Part shown: one piece after another, positions 44,303 through 54,477 of the stretch | How the letters are laid out: each line of letters starts with the position of its first letter | How positions within the stretch are numbered: position 1 is the stretch's first letter | Source of the DNA: a phage | Length of the DNA: 64,000 nt | Sequence record: PX104379.1 | Reading direction: 5' to 3' (one strand) | Made by a program: the position numbers and the translations under genes | Notes under the pieces: model-generated | What the model was told of the DNA's origin: nothing | Databases searched by the model: none | Seen by the model: the letters and a program-made list of their open reading frames with translations, nothing else

Positions 44303-44722
44303 TTATGCTAAAGCTGCTTCGCACCATTTTTTAATTTGGAATTCAGGAACTACCATGAACTGGCCTGCAAAAACAATATTGTAGAGCTTGACGCCATCTT
44401 CTACCCAACGGTCCGAAATAAAACCAGCGACTTGATTCGTTGTCCATGGAGTTCCATCTGTTGCCGCCGCAATTGTGAATTTATGGTCTTTTACAACTAA
44501 AACTGAAGAACAAAGTTTCCATTTAAATGCGCTTTCTTCTGGCTCAATGAACTGACTTGAGACATAACCAATGTTACCATCAGCGTCACGAACTTTAACC
44601 TCGTTACGACCAAAAACTGGATCACTTACAGAAAGAACTTCAACCAGCTTTCCTGCAACTTTAGAACGAGAAGCAACAGATACATATACGTAATCACCAG
44701 TAGAGAGATTTACAATATTCAT
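44303..44722 (-). CDS. hypothetical protein, 139 aa; member 1 of a tandem paralog triplet
   Basis: Shares C-terminal motif D(R/Q)W(V/I)EDG(V/K)xL(Y/L)N(I/V)V..G..xVV with the next two ORFs. Confidence 0.6.
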   Translation of the reverse strand: MNIVNLSTGDYVYVSVASRSKVAGKLVEVLSVSDPVFGRNEVKVRDADGNIGYVSSQFIEPEESAFKWKLCSSVLVVKDHKFTIAAATDGTPWTTNQVAGFISDRWVEDGVKLYNIVFAGQFMVVPEFQIKKWCEAALA

Positions 44723-44731
44723 AATAATTCC

Positions 44732-45208
44732 TTAAGCTTTACGAGGAGAAGCATAACGAGTGATTTCAGATTCTTCAACAACCCGGAAGTCACCTAAGAA
44801 TACGATATTGTATAGCTTTTTACCGTCTTCAATCCATTGGTCTGTGATGAAGCCACACATCCTATCAGTTTTACTTGGACCAGCGAAATCATCAATATAA
44901 TCGAATTCTTCATCAGTTACAAATTCAACGCCTTTACACAACGCCCATTTAAATTGTGCATTAGACTCAGTGGATTCAACTTCTTCAACAGAAGCAAAAT
45001 GAGAGCTAACACGAGTTTCCAGAAATTTAGGACTTACGTAAGCGTACTGAGTTTCAGTTTTTCCAGAACTAGGAATGATTCGAACTTTAACTTCTTTAAC
45101 ACGACCAGTACCATTAGTACGAAGTCCTACCACTTCAACTAGACGACCTGCAGCTTTAGAACGAGATGCAGATGATACACGCTTAATTTCACCAATATTA
45201 ATAATCAT
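44732..45208 (-). CDS. hypothetical protein, 158 aa; member 2 of a tandem paralog triplet
   Basis: Conserved motif GFITDQWIEDGKKLYNIVFLGDFRVVEE. Confidence 0.6.
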   Translation of the reverse strand: MIINIGEIKRVSSASRSKAAGRLVEVVGLRTNGTGRVKEVKVRIIPSSGKTETQYAYVSPKFLETRVSSHFASVEEVESTESNAQFKWALCKGVEFVTDEEFDYIDDFAGPSKTDRMCGFITDQWIEDGKKLYNIVFLGDFRVVEESEITRYASPRKA

Positions 45209-45249
45209 AGTTATCTCTCACTTGTTAAAAAGATTTTATACTCCACGGG

Positions 45250-45290
45250 ACCATTATACTCTGGTCCCAAGAGTTTGTAAACTAGCTTAC
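45250..45290 (-). promoter_or_regulatory. T4 early-type promoter
   Basis: Plus strand ccattatactc ... 16 nt ... tgtaaac. Confidence 0.4.
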
Positions 45291-45719
45291 ACGAACATTA
45301 ATCACTGCGCTGCGAGGAACTACAGAGTACTCTCCAGCATGAACTACGTTCAGAAGTTCAACACCATCTTCAATCCACTGATCAGTCACCCATCCACCCA
45401 CAGGATTCGCGAATGGACGACGAATATAAACTGCCTTACACAGCAGATCAGTTGGATCTTCAGGTTTTTCAATTTCTGTCAATAGACTAAAATCTTTTTC
45501 ATAAATAATAAGCGGTGATACCATTCCATAATAGTTTCTAATTTCAATATACATCATACCGATAAGAATTCCGCTATTAACACTAATAACAGTAAAAGGA
45601 TATCCGCCAGTTAAACCAAGAAGTTCACAAAACTTATTATGAGCTGTATTAGACAGTACCGAAAAATTCTTAATTTCATCAAATTTTTTCAATTGATAAA
45701 CAGCATTATTTTTAATCAT
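45282..45719 (-). CDS. hypothetical protein, 145 aa; member 3 of a tandem paralog triplet
   Basis: Conserved motif GGWVTDQWIEDGVELLNVVHAGEYSVVPR. Confidence 0.6.
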   Translation of the reverse strand: MIKNNAVYQLKKFDEIKNFSVLSNTAHNKFCELLGLTGGYPFTVISVNSGILIGMMYIEIRNYYGMVSPLIIYEKDFSLLTEIEKPEDPTDLLCKAVYIRRPFANPVGGWVTDQWIEDGVELLNVVHAGEYSVVPRSAVINVRVS

Positions 45720-45729
45720 AATTTTCTCT

Positions 45730-46242
45730 TTAATCTAAGGTAATAAAGCCTTTTAATTCGGCATGGGATTTACGGAACATTACTTGGTGCCCGCCAATGA
45801 TAACTTGATCATCTGGCACTTCATAAATCGCAATGTACATTCCACGTTCTTTTAAGTCTTCACGCTCTTCTCGAGTGAACCATCTCATCATATCATATTC
45901 ACTAGAGAAAGCAAAATGATATAATGCAATAAACCACAATGGAATATAATTTTCAATTCGTGAATAATCTTTATTCCATTTAGTTTTAATAACATCATTA
46001 GCATTTTCAACTAATAACTTATCATCGTGTGGAATAGGAATACTTTCATGACTTTCATAATTATCGCTATGATGATGAAATGATGATGAATTAATACCAC
46101 AAAATTTTAACCAAGTTCGAGTTTTCATAGAATCAAATCCACGATAAGGAGTCGATTGGACGCATAACTCTTGCCTAATTTTCATTATACCACTATCATC
46201 ATTTAATGCGCTAAATGATGATTCAACACGATAAATTTTCAT
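45730..46242 (-). CDS. hypothetical protein, 170 aa
   Basis: ORF track. Confidence 0.55.
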   Translation of the reverse strand: MKIYRVESSFSALNDDSGIMKIRQELCVQSTPYRGFDSMKTRTWLKFCGINSSSFHHHSDNYESHESIPIPHDDKLLVENANDVIKTKWNKDYSRIENYIPLWFIALYHFAFSSEYDMMRWFTREEREDLKERGMYIAIYEVPDDQVIIGGHQVMFRKSHAELKGFITLD

Positions 46243-46264
46243 TTTATTATCCTCAGTAGCTATG

Positions 46265-46305
46265 GTGTTATAGTACCATAACTAACCGAGGAAGTAAACA
46301 ACTTT
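46265..46305 (-). promoter_or_regulatory. T4 early-type promoter
   Basis: Plus strand gttatagtacc ... 16 nt ... gtaaaca. Confidence 0.45.
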
Positions 46306-46989
46306 TTATCGTTTTGTTGGAAGAGACAGAGGATCGCATTCTTCCTCTGATGGAGCGTCTTCAAGACCCATAGCATAGCGCAAAGCATACTTCATCATCA
46401 GGATGTCTTTCGCACAGTCATGAATGGAATCATGCGCAACGAATCCATTTAAAGTTCCCTTTGGAAGAGGACACGTGGTCATATCACGAACAAGTAGAAG
46501 TGCTTCAATTCTAGTACGAATGTCGCGTTGATTCCAGAATTTACATGGTTCTAACTTAAATGTGTCAAGCTCATTCTCAGAAACGCCGTTAAGACGTTGA
46601 ATATCGCGAATGAGATCGACTAAAATTGGAAAATCAAACGACATTCCACGGCACCAGCCTTGAGATTTCCAAGGATCGATATTATGCGCATTGATGTAAT
46701 CATTAAATTTTGCAATACCATCGATAGTGCTTACATCTTCATCTGATGGTGCAATATTTTTTCTAGCTTCAGGTGATTGATTTTTCCACCATTCGATAGT
46801 GCTTTTAGTAAAAAGACGGTGTCCTTTTTGACTTTTTAAGTCAAATTTAATTTTAATGCCACGTGAAACTAATTCATCAAATGTTTCAACGACTTCTGGA
46901 TTAGGGTCAAAAGCAATTACAGCCAAATCAATAACAGCTGCTTTTTCACCGCTTCCCATTGTTTCAAAATCTATAATAAAATCAAACAT
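46306..46989 (-). CDS. dexA: exonuclease A (DEDD 3'-5' exonuclease), 227 aa
   Basis: 227 aa as T4 DexA; N-terminal exonuclease motif FDFIIDFETMG. Confidence 0.85.
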   Translation of the reverse strand: MFDFIIDFETMGSGEKAAVIDLAVIAFDPNPEVVETFDELVSRGIKIKFDLKSQKGHRLFTKSTIEWWKNQSPEARKNIAPSDEDVSTIDGIAKFNDYINAHNIDPWKSQGWCRGMSFDFPILVDLIRDIQRLNGVSENELDTFKLEPCKFWNQRDIRTRIEALLLVRDMTTCPLPKGTLNGFVAHDSIHDCAKDILMMKYALRYAMGLEDAPSEEECDPLSLPTKR

Positions 46990-47246
46990 TAAACTTTCCT
47001 CGCTAAATCGCGAATTTGGCCTACAGTATAGTCTTGAATATAAACTTTATTAATAGGCTCATCAATAAATTTTGCCATAGATTCAATATCTTTTTGTATC
47101 TCTTTAAGACTGTATACTATCTTTGAAGCTTTTTCGCGAATAGTAATATTTTCAGGACCTGGATTTTCTTCAATGACAGCTTTAACATTTGTCATAAGAG
47201 ATTTAAACTGGTACCAACTCAACTCAATCATTAATAATCGCCTCAT
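46989..47246 (-). CDS. hypothetical protein, 85 aa
   Basis: ORF track; similar in size and N-terminus to the next ORF. Confidence 0.55.
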   Translation of the reverse strand: MRRLLMIELSWYQFKSLMTNVKAVIEENPGPENITIREKASKIVYSLKEIQKDIESMAKFIDEPINKVYIQDYTVGQIRDLARKV

Positions 47247-47484
47247 AAAGATAGCTAATTTCGCCTAAAACGTAATCATTGATTGTAACAGTTTTCACTT
47301 CACCGCAAAAGAATTCTAACGCAATTAAATCTCGTTCAATTTCTTCTAATTGAAGCATCAACTTATTAGATTCAATTTTTACAGTTTCACGATTTTTACC
47401 ATGAGCAATTTCATAAATTTCGCTCACTTTATCTTGAAGCAGATAAAACTGATCTTTAGTTATTTCCACGAATAGCTTCCTCAA
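47224..47484 (-). CDS. hypothetical protein, 86 aa
   Basis: ORF track. Confidence 0.55.
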   Translation of the reverse strand: MRKLFVEITKDQFYLLQDKVSEIYEIAHGKNRETVKIESNKLMLQLEEIERDLIALEFFCGEVKTVTINDYVLGEISYLYEAIIND

Positions 47485-47716
47485 ATTTAATTAGTAATTT
47501 ACAGACACTTTCATCTAGTGTAATTACCGTATCTGTATTACTGTGATATGATTGTTTTTCAATTCGTTTAATTGCTAATATAGTATCACTTATAAGATAA
47601 AGCTTATGAAGGAGCTCAGCTCCTGTTACCATAACATCGAGATTATCTTGCTTATTAGTATGCTTCCTTATACCATCTATTAGACGATTTAAATATTTTG
47701 AATTGATGTTAATCAT
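47456..47716 (-). CDS. hypothetical protein, 86 aa
   Basis: ORF track. Confidence 0.55.
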   Translation of the reverse strand: MININSKYLNRLIDGIRKHTNKQDNLDVMVTGAELLHKLYLISDTILAIKRIEKQSYHSNTDTVITLDESVCKLLIKFEEAIRGNN

Positions 47717-47722
47717 ATAGCC

Positions 47723-49042
47723 TCACACATAAAACACATCATAACGACCACGGGTGACACCAACATAAAGAAGTTGTTGGGCCAATTCAGCATCTGCATA
47801 ATGAATACAAGGCGTATAAATGAAAGCACGGTCTACAGACATACCCTGAGCTTTATGGAATGTTGATGCAGGAAGTGCTTTCACTTTACTAAACTGTGAT
47901 TTAGCATCCCAAAAATCACTCCATGGAGCTTTTCCGCCTTTGTTCCAATTTTTATAAGTTTCTGCCGTTTTACCTAAAAATAGGTTAAACTTATACAATT
48001 CTTCATCAGATGAAATTATTTTAATCTTTTCACGATAATATTCATCATCGCCGTAAGTTTCTACTGTTAAATCCCAATGACGAATTAAGTATTCTCCAGG
48101 AACACCACGAGCTTTAACAAACGTTGATGTATACTCTGCTTCTATAATACGAACTAATTGTCCGTTATTAAAAATAATTTCTGACACAGGCTTTCCATCA
48201 ATTTTATATGTTTTAATTAATGGTTCCTGCATTACAATAATTTCACCAACAATAAAATCTTTATCAGTTTCAAAAATCTTTTTACGAATAATGCTATTTA
48301 ACTTGTCAACAGATTTATTCGTAAATGCCATTACGCGATTTTCAAACAAATCATCTAAAGATTTGACGATTGAAAAATAATTTACCATAAAATCGCGTAA
48401 AGCGGTATCACCAGTAAATCCACGTACTCCATGCCCGTCAACAACTTTATCATAAATCCACTTACCGTTACGAACATCAGTAGCTACATCAATAATAGGA
48501 GCATTACTGCGTTTAACTTCAGTAAGTTCACACTGATAAAAATCTTTGTGTGTAAAGAATGGACTGATATAAGCAGTATTTTCTCCTGGGTCAACAGGTC
48601 TAATTTGCTTATTATCGCCTATTCCAATTATAGTACACCACGGTGGGATAGTTGAAAGCAAAATTTTGAAGAGCTTTCTATCATACATTGACACTTCGTC
48701 GCAGATTAATACCCTGCATTTAGCTAAATCTGGTACTTCTTTTTGTTCAAAAAGAACGTTTTCTTCATACGTAACTGGGTTAATTTTAAGAATACTGTGA
48801 ATAGTACTCGCTTCTTTCCCCGACAGTTTTGAAAGAATCTTTTTAGCTGCATGAGTAGGAGCTGCTAAAATAATACCAGTTTCACCCGTAGATATTAAAG
48901 CTTCAATGATGAATTTTGTAAGAGTAGTCTTACCAGTACCAGCAGGTCCATTAATAGTTACATGATGTTTCTTTTCTTTAATAGCCCTCATAACGATGTT
49001 AAAGGCATTTTTCTGGCCTTCTGTCAAATCATCAAATGTCAT
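47723..49042 (-). CDS. dda: Dda DNA helicase (SF1B), 439 aa
   Basis: 439 aa; Walker A GPAGTGKT; recognised as T4 Dda. Confidence 0.95.
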   Translation of the reverse strand: MTFDDLTEGQKNAFNIVMRAIKEKKHHVTINGPAGTGKTTLTKFIIEALISTGETGIILAAPTHAAKKILSKLSGKEASTIHSILKINPVTYEENVLFEQKEVPDLAKCRVLICDEVSMYDRKLFKILLSTIPPWCTIIGIGDNKQIRPVDPGENTAYISPFFTHKDFYQCELTEVKRSNAPIIDVATDVRNGKWIYDKVVDGHGVRGFTGDTALRDFMVNYFSIVKSLDDLFENRVMAFTNKSVDKLNSIIRKKIFETDKDFIVGEIIVMQEPLIKTYKIDGKPVSEIIFNNGQLVRIIEAEYTSTFVKARGVPGEYLIRHWDLTVETYGDDEYYREKIKIISSDEELYKFNLFLGKTAETYKNWNKGGKAPWSDFWDAKSQFSKVKALPASTFHKAQGMSVDRAFIYTPCIHYADAELAQQLLYVGVTRGRYDVFYV

Positions 49043-49350
49043 CGGAAAGTCCCTGCAATTGGAATACTAACAATACGCCCAGTATCTAGAATTCGTTGAT
49101 ATAATCTTTGTGTATCTACATCAGGCTTAACATGTTTAACTTCTATTTTATTAAACCAAAACTTGCGTGGAGTCTCAACTAGTCTTGGAATTCCCATACC
49201 TAAAGCTAGTTTATATTGGTCTTTGAGAGTAGTAAAAACTCTATCAGCAATCTCTCTTTCAAAAAATACAGCAGGACGATGTTCATCAAGTGGAACTGGC
49301 GCAGTAAATCCATCTTTGTCTCGGTAAACTATCGCATATACATAAACCAT
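49039..49350 (-). CDS. hypothetical protein, 103 aa
   Basis: ORF track. Confidence 0.55.
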   Translation of the reverse strand: MVYVYAIVYRDKDGFTAPVPLDEHRPAVFFEREIADRVFTTLKDQYKLALGMGIPRLVETPRKFWFNKIEVKHVKPDVDTQRLYQRILDTGRIVSIPIAGTFR

Positions 49351-49351
49351 A

Positions 49352-50122
49352 TTATCCTCGGATAAGTTTAAAAATTGAACAATTTAGCGGGTATCCTCTT
49401 TTCAGTTTAAGTTTATCAATAAAAGACAAGTTTTGATACCGCTCTACACCTTGAATAATTTTATCACACATATCATATTGCATTTCTGCTTCTGACAACT
49501 TTTTCACAATTTTCCAATCCGAGCCTTTAAGAAGAACGTTCAGTTTAACAACTTCAGCGCCTTCTGCTATGCGAGAACCATCAATACGAGCTTTAAGTGC
49601 TATAATCCTTAGCTTAATGTCAGAGGTCTGTTTTGATTTAGAAAGCTGAGAAATGTGTTCAATTCGATTTTCACGTTTTTTCTGTATAGCTTTAATTTGA
49701 TTATAAGTCTTTTTGATTTTAGCCCATTTCTTTTCATCTAAATTTAGTTTATGAACTTTTTTCGCAGATGAACGACCAATTCGCAAAGCAAATAAATCAC
49801 GCTTTTCAATCAACTCTTCTAAAGTATAATCAGAACGAAATGTATTATACTTTTTCTTTACTGCAATAACATTCCCTTTAATGTATCCAACGTTATTATC
49901 AAAACGTTCTAATGATAATTTCTCTCCTTCAATACGATTATCAAAAGGTTCTCCCGAGTAAGCGCAAACTTTCTGATCTAAAATGTTCTTAATGTAATTG
50001 AAGTCTAAGTTAAAATCTTTAGAACGTCTTTTAGCAGATGCCTGAGTGTGCTCTAAACGACGTTTAATTTTACGAATTTGATTATTAGACAGTTTCATAT
50101 TTTTCTCACATCTTACGGACAA
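49352..50122 (-). CDS. srd: Srd-like protein, 256 aa; assignment by position and size
   Basis: Basic protein between dda and modA, where T4 carries srd; sequence not independently recognised. Confidence 0.5.
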   Translation of the reverse strand: MSVRCEKNMKLSNNQIRKIKRRLEHTQASAKRRSKDFNLDFNYIKNILDQKVCAYSGEPFDNRIEGEKLSLERFDNNVGYIKGNVIAVKKKYNTFRSDYTLEELIEKRDLFALRIGRSSAKKVHKLNLDEKKWAKIKKTYNQIKAIQKKRENRIEHISQLSKSKQTSDIKLRIIALKARIDGSRIAEGAEVVKLNVLLKGSDWKIVKKLSEAEMQYDMCDKIIQGVERYQNLSFIDKLKLKRGYPLNCSIFKLIRG

Positions 50123-50127
50123 TTGAC

Positions 50128-50175
50128 TACTATACTATAACATTTTTACCTTAACTTGTAAACAACTTTATGCAA
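50128..50175 (-). promoter_or_regulatory. T4 early-type promoter upstream of the srd-like gene
   Basis: Plus strand ctatactataac ... tgtaaacaac. Confidence 0.45.
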
Positions 50176-50220
50176 AAATGCTTTAAAACTTTCGTGGTAT
50201 AATGAATCTAAGTCCTTCCG

Positions 50221-50823
50221 TTATAGATTAAATCCTTCAAAATCAAGAGTATAGATAGTATATGTTGAATACTTTTTATACTCATATCTATCTGCAATTC
50301 TAAATACACTTCCAGCTGGTATCATTACTTCTTGTTCATCTGAAACTAATTCCATATTACGATAACGATGGCTATCCGGAAACTTAAAGTTTGGATTGTA
50401 TTCTTTACAGCGTAGAGCTTTTATGGCATACTCCTGGAAATTGAATACCATAGGAGCTTTGAATTCAAAAATAACCTGTGTGTTATACTCTAAACCGGAA
50501 GCAAAATGTAGAGCTATATTTTTATCATATGAAGCTGATACGACTTTATCAAATGTAATAATATCAATTCCTTGATTTAATACTTGCTTAGTCTCAGCTG
50601 GAACACCTCTCCAAAGAGGTTTATCGTTTGGTTCCAAACGATATTTGATTATTTCATTTAACCAAGTATGGTCATCTGGCTTATTAGTAATACAATGAAT
50701 TAAAAGTTCAATTTCAGATAAATTAAACCCTTCAGAAAGCAATTCTTCACGAATAGAAGCACGCACCGATGCATCCATTGATTTTATTTTAAAATCTTTT
50801 AGTTGCATTACTGAGTATTTCAT
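50221..50823 (-). CDS. modA: ADP-ribosyltransferase ModA, 200 aa
   Basis: 200 aa as T4 ModA; downstream of its paralog modB. Confidence 0.8.
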   Translation of the reverse strand: MKYSVMQLKDFKIKSMDASVRASIREELLSEGFNLSEIELLIHCITNKPDDHTWLNEIIKYRLEPNDKPLWRGVPAETKQVLNQGIDIITFDKVVSASYDKNIALHFASGLEYNTQVIFEFKAPMVFNFQEYAIKALRCKEYNPNFKFPDSHRYRNMELVSDEQEVMIPAGSVFRIADRYEYKKYSTYTIYTLDFEGFNL

Positions 50824-51443
50824 TCAACTACCTCAATATCATAAACTTTAAATGTTCCAAATGAATCGTGTAATTTTTCTTTTGAAATAGAAGTTATTTT
50901 ATACTTTCCAATTGGAATCATCCATTCTTGTTCATGCACAATCATCATTAAGTTATCAGTACGCTCTGAATCTAGCCCATCAGTATCTTCATACGTGTAC
51001 TTAAACTCAGTATTAGGAGAAGAAAGTATAATATCGCTGATATGGTCAGAGTAATTAAAAGCTTTATCAGTTTTTAAACGAAGTATTGTTTCAGTGAAAT
51101 ATTCAGCATAAGAAAAAGAACATGCTGTATGCAAACTAGTAGTAAATGAATCTACCCTGTTCGTTGAAAACACTTCTCCAACTTGTAAATCTTTAATAAG
51201 TTCTTTTGTCGATTTTGATATACCACGATATAACTGATAAGGCGATTTAGTTAAATGCTTTTTAATGATTTTATTCAACTGCCGATGAAGAGCTTCATTC
51301 TTTTTAGCTTCCATACATTGCCAAAGAATTGACTGCTCGAAGTCAGTAAATTTTTCACAGACCTTTTTATACATATCATATTGAAAATCAACGCTTTCAG
51401 CTTTTATAGATAACTGTTCAACATCTGCAAGATTAATAATCAT
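50820..51443 (-). CDS. modB: ADP-ribosyltransferase ModB, 207 aa
   Basis: 207 aa as T4 ModB; similar in size and motif spacing to ModA. Confidence 0.8.
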   Translation of the reverse strand: MIINLADVEQLSIKAESVDFQYDMYKKVCEKFTDFEQSILWQCMEAKKNEALHRQLNKIIKKHLTKSPYQLYRGISKSTKELIKDLQVGEVFSTNRVDSFTTSLHTACSFSYAEYFTETILRLKTDKAFNYSDHISDIILSSPNTEFKYTYEDTDGLDSERTDNLMMIVHEQEWMIPIGKYKITSISKEKLHDSFGTFKVYDIEVVE

Positions 51444-51464
51444 GATAGCCTCCGTATACTTCAG

Positions 51465-51510
51465 AAGCTATCATATCATCGTTAGAAAGGAAAGTAAACA
51501 ACTTTTTGAA
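51465..51510 (-). promoter_or_regulatory. T4 early-type promoter upstream of modB
   Basis: Plus strand ...gaaaggaaagtaaacaac (GTTTAC -35 on the minus strand). Confidence 0.4.
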
Positions 51511-51693
51511 TTATTTTGCCCAGGGAGCCCAAGGCGGAGGGTCAAGATGGTATGAAGCTAGTTCTTCTAGAAGAGCATCTGGGGCTTCAATTCCATAATT
51601 CTGTAATACTATACGGTACTCTTTCTTATAATCACTAGAATCATTCTGGATATTCGTAGAATGATTATCTTCTAACATCTCAAATAAATCCAT
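51511..51693 (-). CDS. hypothetical protein, 60 aa
   Basis: ORF track. Confidence 0.45.
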   Translation of the reverse strand: MDLFEMLEDNHSTNIQNDSSDYKKEYRIVLQNYGIEAPDALLEELASYHLDPPPWAPWAK

Positions 51694-51701
51694 ATTAATT
51701 C

Positions 51702-52184
51702 CTAGCGATAAAAACCAAAATGACGATTAGCTTCAGCAATCTTTCTTTCTTCTTCGGACATTCTCCAGCGTAGTCCAACATCAAAATGAGCCCAGACCAT
51801 CTTAACAAATGCATTTATATCTTTAATATCTTCAATAATGAATGTTTTACTTTTAGAAGGCTGACTCGCTAAATTAAGTGCTAATTTAACGTTATCATCT
51901 TCAAACAGGTCAAAAAGACCATATTCATGAGCTCTTTTATAGCCTTTAATAGTTAAAGCTTCGGAAGAAGAAAACGGTGAATCAGTATTTTGCAAAATAT
52001 CTTCAGTATGCTTTATAATTAGAATAATATTTTCTGGATATTTTCTTTCTTTTATATCTTTAATTAAAAAATCCGGATTTTCTGCTAAAGGAATAATTAA
52101 TGAGCATTTTTTATCAAGTGTATTTACTGATTTACCTTCTTTAGACATAAATTCTATTGAATATAGTTTTGCTACTTCAATCAT
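51702..52184 (-). CDS. hypothetical protein, 160 aa
   Basis: ORF track. Confidence 0.55.
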
Positions 52185-52337
52185 GGGATTTCCTTTTACC
52201 TACTAATGGACCATCAGGAATTTTGTTTTCCTGGATATATTTCTCATTTTCTTCCATCATTTTACTACCTATTTTAAGAAGCAAATCCATTGCTTCATTT
52301 GCTTTTGCTTTAGCCTCTTCCAATGTCATATCTTTGT

Positions 52338-52541
52338 TCATGATTTATCACCATAGATGTCTCTCATCAATTTAAGCGCTGAGCGTTCTAATTTCTTTTC
52401 TTTCTCAGCACTAATCATTGATTTCATCCATTCTTCCGATTCGTTCTGCATTTCTTTATTTGCCTGTTCAACCCAACCATCATCAATATACATTGAGTTT
52501 GGTCTATTGAACCATTCAAACATTTTCTTCAGAACTTTCAT
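52338..52541 (-). CDS. hypothetical protein, 67 aa
   Basis: ORF track. Confidence 0.45.
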
Positions 52542-53013
52542 TTGTTTTACCTAAAACAATAGTAGGATTATCATCAAATTCATGAATTTTGAGTAAATTT
52601 GGATTTAAACTATTCCATACAGAAGAAATAAAGTATGATAAAGCATCTTCACTCACAATTATAAATTTATTTCCTTTATCTATTTTCCAACTATATACTG
52701 AATCATATGAATAGAAAGATAAAGGTTTATCATTATATTTTTCTGTGTTAACATTAATGTATTCGGATTTAGTAAATGCTTCAATTGCTCTAAATGGAAT
52801 ATTTGGTACAGTTTCAATAATACCAATCTTTTTAAGTTTTATTTCAGCATCTTCTGGAACTGGCATTGAAACGAAATTTTCTACGAGATACATTGGGTCA
52901 CAATAACCCTTATCAATCATTACGGCTACAGTAATTGGAACATCTTTAGCAAACGACATGTTATTACTGCTAATATACATTTCAAACAAAATCGCTTCCA
53001 TAATTTTCCTCAA
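52516..53013 (-). CDS. hypothetical protein, 165 aa
   Basis: ORF track. Confidence 0.55.
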   Translation of the reverse strand: MRKIMEAILFEMYISSNNMSFAKDVPITVAVMIDKGYCDPMYLVENFVSMPVPEDAEIKLKKIGIIETVPNIPFRAIEAFTKSEYINVNTEKYNDKPLSFYSYDSVYSWKIDKGNKFIIVSEDALSYFISSVWNSLNPNLLKIHEFDDNPTIVLGKTNESSEENV

Positions 53014-53342
53014 TCACAAGATGTAGATGAACAACCAGAATCACAAGAACTTCCACATGAATCGCCTGCCCATACATGAACAGGAACATTCGTATCATAT
53101 GAATCAGAACTAGACTGTGTATTAGATGATGTAGTAGGTACTGACCAGCGCCAAGGATTTTTATAATATTCTTGGGCTTCTTCATAAGTCATAGTGACTG
53201 CTTCTACTGTTCCATCTCCCATATAAACATACTCAACTACAGTTAAAGGAAGGTAGTCATTTGAAATAGGAACTACACCTTCCCCAGGAGTCGTAGAGAA
53301 AAAATCCGTAAAGAAACTTTTAAACCAATTAAAGATAAACAT
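53010..53342 (-). CDS. hypothetical protein, 110 aa, with Cys/Ser-rich C-terminal tail
   Basis: C-terminus ...[18 protein letters not shown]. Confidence 0.5.
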   Translation of the reverse strand: MFIFNWFKSFFTDFFSTTPGEGVVPISNDYLPLTVVEYVYMGDGTVEAVTMTYEEAQEYYKNPWRWSVPTTSSNTQSSSDSYDTNVPVHVWAGDSCGSSCDSGCSSTSCD

Positions 53343-53548
53343 TACAAAAAGCCTCTTTTGAATTCAACTTGTTTATCGCCATAATCATATCGAATCTCTG
53401 CATTAAATTCAACAGAACCATCTGCGTACATCATAAATGAATGCACAACAACTTCTGTAGACCATGGTTGTAGTTCATATTTCTTCATTACATGCCGTGA
53501 AATGATAATATCTAAATCTTCATTTGGTTTAATCCAACGATTTAACAT
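53342..53548 (-). CDS. hypothetical protein, 68 aa
   Basis: ORF track; early promoter upstream. Confidence 0.5.
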   Translation of the reverse strand: MLNRWIKPNEDLDIIISRHVMKKYELQPWSTEVVVHSFMMYADGSVEFNAEIRYDYGDKQVEFKRGFL

Positions 53549-53569
53549 AGTGCTCTCCTCTATAAGATA

Positions 53570-53612
53570 ATTCTATTATACCATACTCATTTTGATATGT
53601 AAACCATTTAAA
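53570..53612 (-). promoter_or_regulatory. T4 early-type promoter
   Basis: Plus strand ctattatacc ... tgtaaacc. Confidence 0.45.
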
Positions 53613-53613
53613 T

Positions 53614-53638
53614 GAAAAAGGACTCCCGAAGGAGTCCT
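53614..53638 (-). terminator. rho-independent terminator after soc (GGACUCC-UUCG-GGAGUCC plus U-run)
   Basis: Same hairpin sequence as the terminator at 560..585. Confidence 0.7.
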
Positions 53639-53643
53639 TGAAT

Positions 53644-53889
53644 TTATTCACCAGTTACTTTCCACAAATCTTCGTTTGCAGTAATCCATTCAGTACGTTG
53701 ATTTTCTTCATATACTGTAGAATATGCTGCTTTTTCTGAAGGGAATGTCTGGTAATGAGCACCAGAAATTTTATGAACGTCAGAATAAAGAGGGAAAGCT
53801 ACGGAAATTTCCTTTCCTTCAATTTTCTTATTTCCATCTAATTTCTGCTCAAATGTTTTGATATTAACATAACCGCGAGTACTAGCCAT
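53644..53889 (-). CDS. soc: small outer capsid protein Soc
   Basis: Sequence MASTRGYVNIKTFEQKLDGNKKIEGKEISVAFPLYSDVHK recognised as Soc. Confidence 0.95.
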   Translation of the reverse strand: MASTRGYVNIKTFEQKLDGNKKIEGKEISVAFPLYSDVHKISGAHYQTFPSEKAAYSTVYEENQRTEWITANEDLWKVTGE

Positions 53890-53919
53890 GTAATTCTCCT
53901 TTTATTTAAATTACATGAT

Positions 53920-53927
53920 TATTTATA
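53920..53927 (-). promoter_or_regulatory. T4 late promoter TATAAATA for soc
   Basis: Exact TATAAATA on the minus strand about 30 nt upstream of the soc ATG. Confidence 0.65.
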
Positions 53928-53957
53928 ATAAATTCTCGCGGCTTTTAAGACGAGCTG

Positions 53958-54476
53958 TTAATAACCTCGGTCCTGACGAGCAAAGTTCTCGGCATTTTTC
54001 AGATAATAAAGTTTAAAGATTTCTTCTGCTGTAAGACCAAGACCCTGGAACATATTCAGAACGAAATGAAGAATATCAATCATTTCAAATTTAATTTCTA
54101 ACTGGTCTTGTGGAGACAAATCAGTAATCAGAGTTTCACGACGTTCACCATGCTGCGACTTCCAAGGTTTCCATACAGCAGATGCGTCTTTTTCACCATT
54201 ACTCATACCACCAAGAGAAGTCAGAAGTTCACGGAATTCATCGTCAATATAATCTTTCTGATTACGCAACCAATCAACAACTTCACCGGCAGTAGCCAAG
54301 TCATCAGGATGACGATTATATTCAGGTTTATCTTTAGCTAAACGAATCTGCAGAGATTTCTGCATGTCAAGCATTACCTGCAGCGGGTCTTTTTCATCAC
54401 CGAGAATATCCCAATATTCATTTTGAGCTTTATCAGCGCCTTCGATCAGTTGACTACATTCGTTGAAATGTGGCAT
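53958..54476 (-). CDS. 56: dCTP/dCDP pyrophosphatase gp56 (MazG-like), 172 aa
   Basis: 171-172 aa; recognised as T4 gp56. Confidence 0.9.
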   Translation of the reverse strand: MPHFNECSQLIEGADKAQNEYWDILGDEKDPLQVMLDMQKSLQIRLAKDKPEYNRHPDDLATAGEVVDWLRNQKDYIDDEFRELLTSLGGMSNGEKDASAVWKPWKSQHGERRETLITDLSPQDQLEIKFEMIDILHFVLNMFQGLGLTAEEIFKLYYLKNAENFARQDRGY

Positions 54477-54477
54477 G

